Assembly (NCBI GenBank): GCA_963924565.1 | Contig: OZ004613.1 | Span: 4,588,001 to 4,652,000, forward strand | Source: Ascidiella aspersa | Taxonomy: Eukaryota | Length of the DNA stretch: 64,000 bases | Direction of reading: 5' to 3' | Shown here: in pieces, positions 48,977-61,064 of the stretch | Layout: each line of letters starts with the position of its first letter | How positions within the stretch are numbered: position 1 is the stretch's first letter | Notes under the pieces: model-generated | Told to the model about the DNA's origin: nothing | Database searches by the model: none | The model's input: only the letters and a program-made list of their open reading frames with translations | Program-made: the position numbers and the translations under genes

Positions 48977-51842
48977 AAATCTAAAATACATTTAGGAAAG
49001 ATAGTGAGTTGACCTAGTAAAAAAGAACATTTTTACTGATAAACGGTGTACCTTTAAATTTTGTTTCTCGGAACATTATTTAAGACCGTTCCGGATTACT
49101 TTCACCAATGTTGAAGTGCAGGACATGGTAGTAAAGGGTGTAATTAAAAAATTGCGTCGAACTTTATTAGTTTAACTATGATATAAACGAAGGAAACCTT
49201 GATAACTATTAAACAAAAAGTGAGTTGTATGAAATTGTCGTTTGGGGGATTATTTTGGAATTACGAATTATTTTGGAATTGTATCTGACAACTTTTTATG
49301 TGTGTTTTTCATTACTGGGCCGCATTTGACCAGCGGGTTGTCTGACTTCTAAACTGGATTATGTCATCTGGTAAGGCAAAACTTCACCTCAATTTCACAA
49401 GTCAATCAGGGGCTTCCCGGTGGTTGTTTATATTTCCTGGAGGGTTGTTTACATTTCCTTGAAGACTGATGTTAACATAATCTTCCACAATTACCTCACT
49501 TGATGTGTGCATTGTTCGTGTTGGCCATCATTATTTTAGAAATTCTATATCACGGTTGTAAACACGTATGTCGTGTACAAAGTTTTAGCTGCTAAACCTG
49601 GATAAGTACGTCATACCTATCAATGACGTCACCGCCGTTTGGGGCCCTGTTCACTGACGAAAAATCCAATCGTTTGCAAACCAACTTTACCAATCTTGGC
49701 CGACACCCAATGCCAAGTAGTAGAACTGGACTAAAGAACAGTGGTAAATTACGTGGGTAAGACTAAAAATAGAAGATAAATAGGCTTCCTAGAGCAAAAG
49801 CAAATTTCAGCCTAATACTTTAAAATCATTGCGATGGAACTTTTCAGTTTTATGAATTCCCCTTATTCAACCCGAATACTAAGTGTAAATAGAGCGACCT
49901 TATTCTAATCACTGAATTTTTTGTAATTAAACACAACATAAGAATTTAGCTTTAAAAAGTTCGAACAAAATTTGTATAATAATCCTTGTATTCGTATTGA
50001 TTTCGCAATTATCTTCAATTGTTAGGAAATCTTGCTCCGAATCAATTGAAAAAAAACATATTGATTGAAGAAAAACAATTCGTACCCAGTTTTTTTTTAT
50101 ATTCACGAGGTTTATTTTTTTATTCGAACAGAAACTTTGATTGGCTTTTACTTCTCTGACAAGGTTAAGGGGAAATCGTTAATAGACTTTTTGCTTTGCG
50201 ATTCTGGCTTTTTTTGTAGCGTATTCGTAACCAGTTTGTCGAGATGTTAAAGAGAATATACTTCACTCCATGGGAGCATCATTAGTTAGAAAAAATCGCT
50301 AGAGGAAGCATTACAAATCGCCTGTCCTCTATTACATCCAAAGACACAGAATTCTGTTGAATTCGATTCTGTTCGGACATCCCGATTTCAATCTCTTCGA
50401 ATCTCTCACTTTATTTAACACTGTGCATCACTTTTTGTTAGATTCTCTTATATTTTGATGTAAATTCTTCCCAGTGTGCACTATTGAGTTATTACGTGTT
50501 GTTCCTGTAATTTGTTACCCGTTGTATATGGCGTCACGACAAAAAGTTTGCTTCGGTCGCAAGACTGCCACCTGATTGTCGTTAAATCAGTAAAAAAAAC
50601 GAAAAACAGCACAGATGTGAAGAGCAATACAGTAACATTAAGACCAGCCCCAATGATTCAAGCTCGTCTCGAGAGCTGTGGCGAAACGACTGTTTGGGTT
50701 GAGTCACCAGAGAACAAGCAGGGACGGCTGTAGACTAAACATCCAGCGATCAACTGATGTGTTTTACCCCTGACAGGGAAAGCGCCTTTCAGACAAGGCC
50801 AATCTGTTAGAGCAAACCTGCTGTCACTCTGCGCCCTTTCCCACACAAAGGAATCTGTATTTCGGGTGAAGTCAACGACGCCGGTAAGTGCCCCTGTGGG
50901 CGTGTGGTCATCGCCGCGGCGTTTTGGTGTTTCTCGAGGCTGTTACGTCACCTTTTTCAATTGTTTGCCTACAAAGGTCGGGCGCTAAAAATAACAAGGT
51001 CGGCGGGAGTCCAGGGTGGGGATATTTTCATCTTAAATCCGCCTGAAAAGGTGCGATTAGGACTCGATTGTGGGTTGCCTGAATAAGACGTGGATCAATT
51101 TGATGTGGCTGGGTTCTTTGTTACCAAGTATACAGCGTTTTTGTTTGTTTTTGCGGGGGAGAAGGTGATAAAGAGTGTTGCAATGGGGGTCGAATGGTTC
51201 TCAGGGCATTTAACAATGATCTATTTTAGTCCACCCAACGTTTAAACACCTACAGTGAGAAGGGCTTGTGTTACACCACAGCCTTACTAGATTTTTTCTG
51301 GATTGTTTTTGCTTGCTTTTGAACGTGGTTAGCAAGTAAACAGGCATAAGTTTGGGAAAACTTAAACTATAGTTCATTTTTTATGAGTTTAACGCCACAA
51401 AAAGACGAAACTTTTAGCATGGGGTCCACTGTAAAGGTTGCATGTAAGTTGAATCTGCCGCATCCGTATGTCGAAGAAGATTACTGAAACAAAACTCCCA
51501 AAAGACTCTTCTTCTTTAATGCTAAATCGTTCAAACAGTTCACATCCACATGAGAGCTCGATAGAAATCGTTTTCTTAACAAGTGTGAATCATACCCAAC
51601 TATAATAATAACAAATCTTTTAATGATTGCGCCAAATTGGTCACACGAAACTCTTGTTGACTGATAAAATCTTATCTTTTTGTTGCCCATTATTCGTTTT
51701 GTTATAGGTCGTTCTAACGTAGTCATAACATCGGCCCAAAACGTTTTAGATCACAAGGAGTCATTGCTATATGTTGATATTTAACCCAGATTAGTCATTT
51801 CTATACAAACACCAGGTCATTTTCTATGGATAGCCATTAGAC

Positions 51843-52179
51843 CAGGGGTTCTTGAACTTTTTTTACCGCGGACCCCTAAAATTTTCTTTCATCTCGCGTG
51901 GACCGCTGTAGGCAAAAAAAATTAAAAAATTACGTCATAAATTGACTTTACAATACAAACAGACTTCATAAATTTGCTGATTTTGGTCCAAAATGTGAAA
52001 GTGAAATTGAGTTTAAATACATTCAGTGCAAAACCGTTTTATTTTTGATTAAATTGTTTTCTTATAATAATCTGATTACTTCTTGAATATACATTAATAT
52101 TTTAAGTATACCTTCATGGACCCCTAAACTAGTTTACGGACCCCCAAGGGGTCCATGGACCCCAGTTTAAGAACACCTG
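51843..52179. mobile_element. hAT-type MITE, family B copy 3
   Basis: TIRs CAGGGGTTCTT / AAGAACACCTG; TSD CATTAGAC/CATTAGTC. Confidence 0.85.
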
Positions 52180-55000
52180 CATTAGTCAATCTTGTTGTAA
52201 GATTAACATTATGGGTAAAGCGAGAATAAAAATCAAATTTAGACACCCTTTGAATCGGTAAAAGTAGCTATAGTTAAGTTATTCCAAGCTTGCTAACAAA
52301 AGGCATTGTTATATAATATATATGATAAAATCGTCATATAATGTCGAATGTATCAAATGGCACTATCAAATAATGACGCATACGCTACGGTAAAGCTAGT
52401 TGTTCCTTACATTTTTATGCCCAGTTATGAACGTGAAATAAATAACCCCGTTTTAAAAATGCCGTGATCTTCAATCCAGAAATAATAAATCCAACACTAA
52501 AAATTACAAATTTTCATTACAAATTTAAACAATTCTAACACTTATATTGCTCTATCTTTTCCTTTTAAAAAAATAGCATTTCTTACATCATTGTCAAATT
52601 TACCCTTATAAATTACACAGGTTTAGAATAACTACCTCTAGCGGTGTACAAGGCTATTGATTTTACCCAATTCCCCTGAATATGTCAAACGCACCCCACA
52701 CCAAATGCTTGACAAACGGCCGAAAGGCAGAAGTGAAAACGTCCCATCTTTCAACAGCGGTCGTGTGAACGTGGTGAATTGACTCTTACACGTGGTGACT
52801 ACATAGGGGCTAAAAATAACCTACACGGCCTCTCTGGGCGATTACGTCGTGCCCAAGCTCTATTAGGCGTGACTGAGTGAAGACAACATCAACAGCCTGT
52901 TCACACGACCACCCCAAAGATCCAGCGCCAGGTTAAAAAGTATGCCCTGTGGCACACACATTCGAATTATTATAATAAAGGAAAACATTGTTGCACTTCA
53001 TTTAAAGCCCGGCAAATTTTAGCATTAATTTTATTACAACATTTTAGCATTAATTTTTATCACAACAGGTTTTATGCTGCTTAAACATCTTCTGCGCGGC
53101 TGGGGCTATTTTTAACCGTTCTGTTGAGTTGTATTTACTCCTATATCTTTATATTTACGGCTTTAATAATAATTTCAGCTCACGTTATTTAAAATATTTT
53201 TATTTTTTTGCTGTGTTTATCGTACCTTAAGTATAGATGTCCGATAAAAATGAAATACACAGCATCGAACATTCCTATCTTTCATAGTAACATGAAATGC
53301 CCTTGAAGCTTAAAGTTGTTTTAAAAGGAGCTTGCAAAGCGGCCACATCAAACTAGTCTTCCCTCGACCCACGTGTTTTGTTGACCTTCCCATGACCTCT
53401 ACCGTCCCTGGGCTTGTCGACTTAAAGCTCCATATATAGATATATACAAGAAGCTTCAGTTTATCGACGCCGTAAGATTAACGGTTGGTGATCGAATGAA
53501 GGGCGGACAGGTAGTTGTCTTTCACGTGCGTTTTGCCTTTACGTCATACGCGTTTCGCACGTACGCAATCTTCACGCTATACGCTTACGCAAGCATCGCA
53601 TTCGCGTAACGAACTAAATATAAAATATTTATGGCAATTTGGCGCAACTTTTGCAATGAAGTTTTGTTGTGTTATTACATAGTTGTATTTTGACCTTTTC
53701 CCGCCACTGCGATAGAATGGGGCTTACATAACTTTAACTTTACTAGAATTAACAAAAATGGAATTAATATTTAATATCACGCTCCTAATTTCGATAGTTT
53801 TTAATGCTTCACATTTAACGGTTCCATTTTAATTGCGTTCTTGCTTTTAAGAAACACGGAAAACATAAACGCCACATATGAAGGTATTTACACACTAATA
53901 AGACCTCATTGACAGAATGATTTCTTCTATCGAATTAAACTACAAAGTATAGGACGTTTACTCCGTCAAAACCACCACACAAAATCCGTTTCCACAACAC
54001 AGCTATTGCTTATACTGCCCGTGACTGTAGCACAAAAAACACAGCGCTTCAAGCAATCGGCATTTCAATTACGTAGACGCGAAGCAGCTGATTGGATCTG
54101 TGTGTTACCTGTGCTGCGTATTCGCCCAGGTTTGTTGTAGCTGTGTTGTTCCTGTGCTCATAGTAACTCGCCAGTCTCACCGACTCAACGCTTCGTCCAA
54201 TGCCAATGACCTGCGACTTAAGGAAACAAAGTTTGACGTCGCTGTGTTTCTATGTAAGCCGGGGTTGCGATTTGGATTCAGTACCAGAGGGTAATCCCTG
54301 ATTATTTTTGCGTGCACGTGTAGACTCGCACACCCAGATAATTTTAGTTTTCTTATTTAATAAATTGGAACAAAATGCGGTTAGTTCTAATTTTAATTTA
54401 GTTTGTTAATTGTTTGTGGCTCTCTAGTATTGTAGTTGTAATCTAATTTGTGTTTTGCCACAAATGCTACTTTGCCCAACGGTATTTTAACCACTCAGTC
54501 GAAACAAAGATTTTAAATTAATGCGCTTTGTTCGACACGACTTGTAGATATTTTTTCCAATATGAAAATTATATGATTGGCTGAATCGTACGAAAATTAG
54601 AACACCTATACTTGCCATTCACATTCTTATAAGATAAATATGGATTTAATCTAAATAGATTGTGAATGATTAAATGTCATCATAGTTCAAATTCTAGTTT
54701 AAATTCTGTTTTTCATGAATTCGGTAATTCTAATTTTAATCAAATTTGAAAAGCGGAAATGCTCTAATTTTAATTCCAATTTAATTATGAAAAGTCAATA
54801 TAAATCTAACTGTCCAAGAGTTTGTTGTCATTAAAAAGTTGCGCTGTTGCCTATAACCTCCTGAAAGTTCACCATATTCCTGAATGCACCGCAAATATGC
54901 ATTAGAAGACGCTGTGTTGTGATTGTGTTATGTGTTATCCACAGATTTGGACTTTCCTACTCGCAACCATGTTTAATGTTGCTGTCAAAACACCATACTG

Positions 55001-55375
55001 CAGCGGTGGCCAAACCACGGCTCTCAAGGCACATGTGGCTCTTCAACCAGTCAAAAGCGGCTGTTAATTTCAGGTTGTATTCCAGTTTTCTTATTATGTC
55101 TAGTGTCGATTCTTGTGTGCTTAATTTGGGCCTATTTTAACTACTTAAATGAAACTTGCCTAACTTTGCAATGTGTCTTAACCCCTTCAAAAAATCTTGT
55201 CAGCAAAACAGGATTTTAGAAACTTGGATAGCGTGATGACATTTATTAAAAAAGTTTTACAATCTAAATAAGAAAAAAAACATTTTATTTCTACTGATGT
55301 ATTAGGTGTGGTTTTTCGTGGTTACCCAAATATAAGTAATGTGGCTTTTTGTCTCTGGCTGGTTGGCCAACCCTG
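55001..55375. mobile_element. hAT-type MITE
   Basis: TIRs CAGCGGTGGCCAAACC / GGTTGGCCAACCCTG; perfect TSD CCATACTG. Confidence 0.85.
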
Positions 55376-56078
55376 CCATACTGCTTCAAATCAAAAAATC
55401 AAAACAACATCTATTGTAACTTGATAATAGTTTTCTACATTACAGATCCGTGCATAGATTACCCAAACTTCTATTATTCTTTCAATTTATTCGCGTCATG
55501 AAAATTGCGAAAAGAACGAAGGTTGCGAACAAACGACTGACATCTGTGCATACGCGACAACACGACAATATAGAACGAACGGGCGTGAAAATATTAAACA
55601 CCCGCGCTGTTGTCGAAAAATACAAACGTAACAGGAGAAAGAATAAAAGCCAAAGTGACGTAATAACCAGGTCCCCGAGAAGTAATGCAACGTGACTCCA
55701 AATTTTAATCAATTTTGGAAGATACTTTTATAAATATTTTAACATCCAGGTGCATTTTCAATTAATATATTTTTTTAATATTTAAGATTTTATTTCCGTA
55801 GCAATAAAAGAAAATTTATATTTTCACTCATTTTAAAATTCCAAACTTCAATTCCATAGGATCGATAAAGAATGTCGCATAACGCTCACATCGCCCAGCG
55901 ATTCAAACCAAAACAAAACAACAATCGAACAAACAAAAAACAAACGCGGAACGGTGACGTCATAGTCCAGCTTGTTACGTCGACAATGGCCCTCTTGTGC
56001 TGTACAGCCCCTTCGCTGCGACCCACCGCCCATCCAGCGCGTTAATGACGTCATTGTGATGACGTAAGTGCCTGGTTA

Positions 56079-57644
56079 TCACGTCACGACTTGGCAGGTG
56101 AAGTGGCGTCGTGGTGGTGCGCCACCTAGCTGCGTGGGGGCGGCGCAGTGGAGCCCGGGGGCGCAGGGACACTGCTGGTACCTCTGGGGGCTGCGGCGAC
56201 GGTCAAACGATTTCGGGCAAATCTGGAATTAAATCGTTTTGTTTTTTTTAATTTGAAGTGTAAACCTTATTTCAGCTGATTTTTAGTGGGTGCTTAACTG
56301 GCTTTTAAATTTGCGAATACAACGGATGTTCAGTCAGAGTTTTTAATTTAAGTGAAAAAATTTAATTTTTTGGGGAAAAATTGAAAAAAGTGGCAACTCC
56401 TATAGTTCAATTTGTTTAAAATCTGAATTCTTTCTATTCGCATTTTGAATTTCCAAATCTTCAAACTGGTGTTCGACAAAACAAAATAGCGTTTAAAATT
56501 TTCACTTCGACTTTTTTCTTAAAAAAAACATTAGTTATTTTATATTACAGCTAACGTTCAGCAAGAAAACTTTAATCATTTCGCCCAAACATTTCACTCA
56601 ACGACTATAATGGTTAAAATATTAACAAAATCTAACTATAATTACCTGTCCCTGTTGTACCATGGGCTTGCATATCTTGTGGTCGTGATAACGCGCACAG
56701 CAAAGTCCTTCCTTGCATTCGTCCATACTTTCACATTTCTCTTTCTCATCTGGAAAGAAAGTGACAACAATTTAGTCTAAGTTTCAATTAGAGCCTAAGT
56801 TAAGTTTCAGCTCGGTAAAGTGTTCAGCTGCTTGATTAAGATTTATTCAAAAGATAAACAAATTTTATAAGATAAATGAGTTGTACTTATTCTGTATACT
56901 TTATATCACAAGTTCATTCTAGAATTTGTTAGGTATTACTTAAAAATCGGCCATTTCTCATCACAAATATCAAGGGGTTCTTATCCCTACTATTTTGGTA
57001 ATTGTCAAATCTGCATGTCTTCATGTCCCTATTTACGAGCTGTATTAAAGATGTTGACCATTTTTTAAATTTTCGAAGACAGGTGAATTGTCTTTTTCAT
57101 AAAAATTGGGGAATTTTTTAATAGTTTTATTACAATGGAAAGATTTTTAACTGTTTTAATATTATTGTTTTGCAAAATACGTGAGTTTTAATTTTTTTAT
57201 GCATTTAAACTAAAATAGGACGATTTTCATTTTTTTTCTAAATTTCAATAAAATAAGAGAATTTTCGGTGTTTTTTTGTTATTTTTAGATTTTTTTTTTG
57301 TATAAATTTTAATGAAGAATTACTAATATTTTTGTCATTTTCTCACCTTTCTTCGGCGGCGGCGGCGGTGTTGTAGACGTGTTTTTGGGCGGGGTCTTAT
57401 TGTTGGGCGAGGGGGTGGTCGGGATCCGGGGCCATGGCCCCTTGTTGGTGCACCTTTGGTTCTTTTTTTCACACTTCCTGGTTTTCCTGCGGAAGCAGCG
57501 CAACTTCTTCCTTCCCTTGCATTTACGATCTCTCTTCTTGATGCATCGTGCCATCTTCTTCTTACAGGAGCGGTGCAGCTTGGCCAGCAGCCTCTGTGCC
57601 TTCTGGTGCTTTTGACAGGATCTACGGTTTCCTGTGCAGCGAAT
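56079..57644 (-). CDS. dkk: Dickkopf-related secreted protein (Dkk1/2/4-like CRD2), 3' partial; exons 57644-57347, 56749-56646, 56222-56079
   Basis: GT-AG exons with phases 1 and 0 give a 10-Cys colipase-fold CRD2: CESMDECKEGLCCARYHDHKICKPMVQQGQICPKSFDRRRSPQRYQQCPCAPGLHC...HFTCQVVT*. This matches the Dkk pattern CxxxxDCxxGLCCARxxxxKICKPxxxxGQxC. It is preceded by a Pro/Thr linker and a basic Cys-rich segment. The signal-peptide exon(s) were not found. Confidence 0.9.
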
Positions 57645-60003
57645 CTGTAAAGAAGACGTAGGGTTAGTTTCGTTGGCTTGTTGGAGCTTTTAGAAATGGT
57701 GAAAGTAAGCCGAGACCGTAAAAAACGCCTCTGGTAAAATAATTGCTGACGGAATTTCAGTCAAAATAATTAAAGGTTTGCCATACCGGTAAAAATGTTT
57801 TTTACCAGGCCCTTTTTCTTTTATACCAGGCAATCCCGCCACCTCTTTAAATGTATTTAAAGTCTAAACTAACCTATCAGTTGCATTTTTGTGTAATAGA
57901 TTGAATGATAATCTCAAGTTTCGTTTTAGACGTCTATTTATCACGTCATTGTGTGACGTCTTCTTAAAAACAGGTTTTTGTTTTGCTGTTTTTTATGTTT
58001 GGTTTCACATTCTGAATGAAACCTGTCTTGTTTACATCTTAAAGTAGACGTTCCCGTTTTTACGACTCCACCAAATCTCTTCATAGAGTCTGACAGGTAC
58101 TTTTCGCTGGCGGAATTGTTACAAAACAACACACGAACGCTTTCGATTCGAAACTTTCAGCGAGGCCCTTACATTTGACCTTCAAACGTCCTTCAGTCTT
58201 GGCCGCCGTTGGCCCAAGAAACTTGAAGCGTCTAATTACCTCAACCTCAAACCGTTTCGTGTTTACCTCTAAAATTGGTAAACAGCGAGATTTACTTTTT
58301 CTTTCGATTTGGGTCAACTGTTATAGGTGGCTGACAAAAAGTGGCATTTTTAGGAAAAACGAATTAAATAAATCCGCAATCTATTATTATAGGAAATTTA
58401 AAACCACTAAGATTGGATATCCTCGTACAAAACAAGAGTCTATTTTAACGTTCTGGTTTTATATGCCTATATGTGTTTTTTATAAATTTTAGTGAAGTCA
58501 AAACGGTCTCATTAAACTTTCAGTTGTAAAGCCGTACTCTGAAAATATCTGTAAGAGGAGAAAAACACCAAAGTCCATAAGTTACCATTGTGCGAACGTT
58601 CCAATAAAACAATCGTTATTATCGACGTCATAGAGGTTGAAGTTTGCAGTTTGAAATTGGATAAACAACAGGGTCTATACAGAATTTTACAAACACTTCT
58701 AAATAATGTTTACATTTTTGTAGCTTTAAACCGTTCACATAACGTTACTGGTTAAATTTCGAAAAAATAATATGTGTTCGCTGTCTCGCAAAACCCGTTT
58801 TATTGCGCGAGGGTTAAGTGGCGGTTGTGAGGAAATTCAACTCGAAGCGTCCTGTGTTTAGAGCGGTAGAGCTTCTGCTGTGTAAACTCTCCCGAATTTC
58901 CTCCCGCTACTGGAAGTTCCCCGTTCTACGAGTCTGCGGCCAAAACTTCGCCAAAGCCCACAAAACAAATTATTCGGTTGTTTTGGCGATGTGGAAGAGT
59001 TTCAAATAAACGCAAAACCTCCGTGTTTTGATTGGTCATTGCATCATTCTAAAAAAACGGTAAAACTACGAGTTCCATGTCAATGCTTCAGTCTGCACAT
59101 TGGGAGTTTAAAGCCTATTACCGCCATAACAAAACTTGTACCATTATTGCATTTCCACTGCTTGTATCCTTCCCTTTTATTTAGTGAAATGTAGCCGCAT
59201 TAGAATACATTTTGTCTTTTTATGAGCAGTAATAAATTACTCGTGTAAAAAATCATACTCAGCTTGGACCACAAATGTTGCATTGTAATATCAATACGCT
59301 ACGTTTTCTCACAATTGCGAAATAGTTTTATCTATTTCAATACAGCCTCGGGCAAAACGAGAAACTGTCTTAACTCGCTCAAAAACATCTTTCAAAGCCA
59401 CGAGACAAAATGTCCACCGAGTTCAGCCGAATTATCTCGACGGCGCAGCTTGATTACTCAAGGCCAAACTTCGATTGCGCAATGACAGGTGACCATCCAC
59501 GCCATTTTGTTTTATGAGCCTGGCTTTCCGGTGTCAGTGATAAGGCCTTCCTGTCCTAACAAGCAAGCGGATACAAACTTGTCAAGGTATCAAACTTAAT
59601 CAGTGAACCCGTGGCCTTACTTTTATGAGAACCAGCTAAACCCGTGGTATGCGACTTTAAATAAACTTTGAAGCATAGTGGTTGGAGGTTGTTGTAAGAC
59701 GTAATAAGAATATTAAAGCCCATACAGAAGTAGGTATCATTTTGAACGTTTCGAATAATTTTTTATTTATTTTAAACATGGTTGGAAAACAAAAAGAAAA
59801 CAGAGATATTCGAAACGTTCAAAATGCTACCTTTTTCTTTATGGGCTTTTCTCATTACGCTTTAATATAACTCCCAACTATTGATGCACTGTAAATGGGC
59901 CTAAAAAGGTGACTTTATAAATATTTTCGCCCCTTTCCCAAATACAGCAAAATAATCTAGCAAAACTAGCAATTCAGGTCAGACACATTAGCCAGATCTC
60001 AAA

Positions 60004-60047
60004 AGATATATATATATTTCACCAACTAAGGCATCGTCAGTATATCT
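60004..60047 (-). ncRNA. Minimal Type I hammerhead ribozyme (inverted arm)
   Basis: Minus strand AGAUAUA CUGACGA U GCC uuaguu GGU GAAA uaua UA UAUAUCU; 7-bp stem I. Confidence 0.8.
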
Positions 60048-60126
60048 GTAACTATTATTTTATTTTGTTTTATTTAATCTTTAATGTTTCTGACTCATTC
60101 TTATACTGTTGCGTTTGTTTTTATTC

Positions 60127-60170
60127 AGATATACTGACGATGCCTTAGTTGGCGAAATATATATACATCT
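60127..60170 (+). ncRNA. Minimal Type I hammerhead ribozyme (direct arm)
   Basis: AGAUAUA CUGACGA U GCC uuaguu GGC GAAA uaua UA UACAUCU; one stem I mismatch; predicted cleavage after 60163. Confidence 0.78.
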
Positions 60171-61020
60171 TTTAAGATCTGGTTAATGTGTCTGACCTGA
60201 ATTGCTAGCTTTGCTAGATTATTTTGCTGTTACTGATCAGGAATTAAGGTCGACATTTATCTTGCAAGGGTCAAGGTGATTTCCATTTTTAACATATTCA
60301 GTGCAACCTTTCCCAAATAGGTACGGTTAGAACGGAGGCGTTGTTGGATAACTAAAGGCAATAGCTTTGCATATTACGATTTGTTTTGAAAAGTGCTTTA
60401 AAAGCGTTGCTGCATTTCATTGAGTACAATAATGTTTGCACTGCTCACGTTTTCTTGTGAAACAACTTTTCCGCGATTTTTTCACCTGGCTGATTCGCAG
60501 GGGTGTTACCTTATTTGTTACGTAATGTGGGTGACAATTGTCCTGTCACCCCGCCGCCCCTATGTTTGTCCACGTCGTACCACAGCGATCACGGTGCTTT
60601 GATATTGCGTCTTAGCTGTGACGTCACACTGATCTAAATGGGCGACTGGGCGTGTCGCAAGAATGGGGGTCGTAGGACGAAGGATTTCCTTGCTTCAGTT
60701 GCAAAATGGCCGGCTGAAAACAACCTGACTTTGGCAACAAGGTTTAAAGGCAACGTTTCTTTGAACGTTGTTGTTTGTTGTTGAGCAAAGATAACAGAGC
60801 AAGGCAAACAGGCCTCGGGTTTGTCGGAAAACACGACTTAGCCTCCCTAACAGCGCTTTTTGTGTCTTATCGCGTCCATCGCTGAGGTCCTTGACTTTTC
60901 CTGCATGTTCGCGCTTTGCATACTACTTTCGTGGAATTCGTGTTGAACGTGCCCTTGAAACAAGATCTCTGTCTGTTTTCTTTTCTTTTATGTTTTATCG
61001 CTATGATCTTCACTTGGATT

Positions 61021-61064
61021 TTTACACTGATGATGGCATGAGTTATTGCTGAAACGTCTGTAAA
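61021..61064 (+). ncRNA. Minimal Type I hammerhead ribozyme
   Basis: UUUACA CUGAUGA U GGCA ugaguuau UGCU GAAAC GUC UGUAAA: 6-bp stem I, GUC triplet (cleavage after 61058), palindromic ACGU stem III. Confidence 0.82.

Larger units (their letters stand above)
59945..60306 (+). mobile_element. Short Penelope-like retroposon with two hammerheads in inverted arms
   Basis: 13-bp TSD CCTTTCCCAAATA (59932-59944, 60307-60319). Inverted repeat of ~105 bp, 59944-60048 / 60126-60230. A truncated relative lies at about 32760-32883 (-). Confidence 0.8.

Noticed and set aside
50851-50883. Possible micro-exon ending at a GTAAGT donor
   Set aside because: Weak acceptor and no partner exons found.
57941-58317. 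Candidate upstream dkk exon(s)
   Set aside because: No signal peptide or CRD1 pattern, and no convincing phase-0 donor matching the 57644 acceptor.
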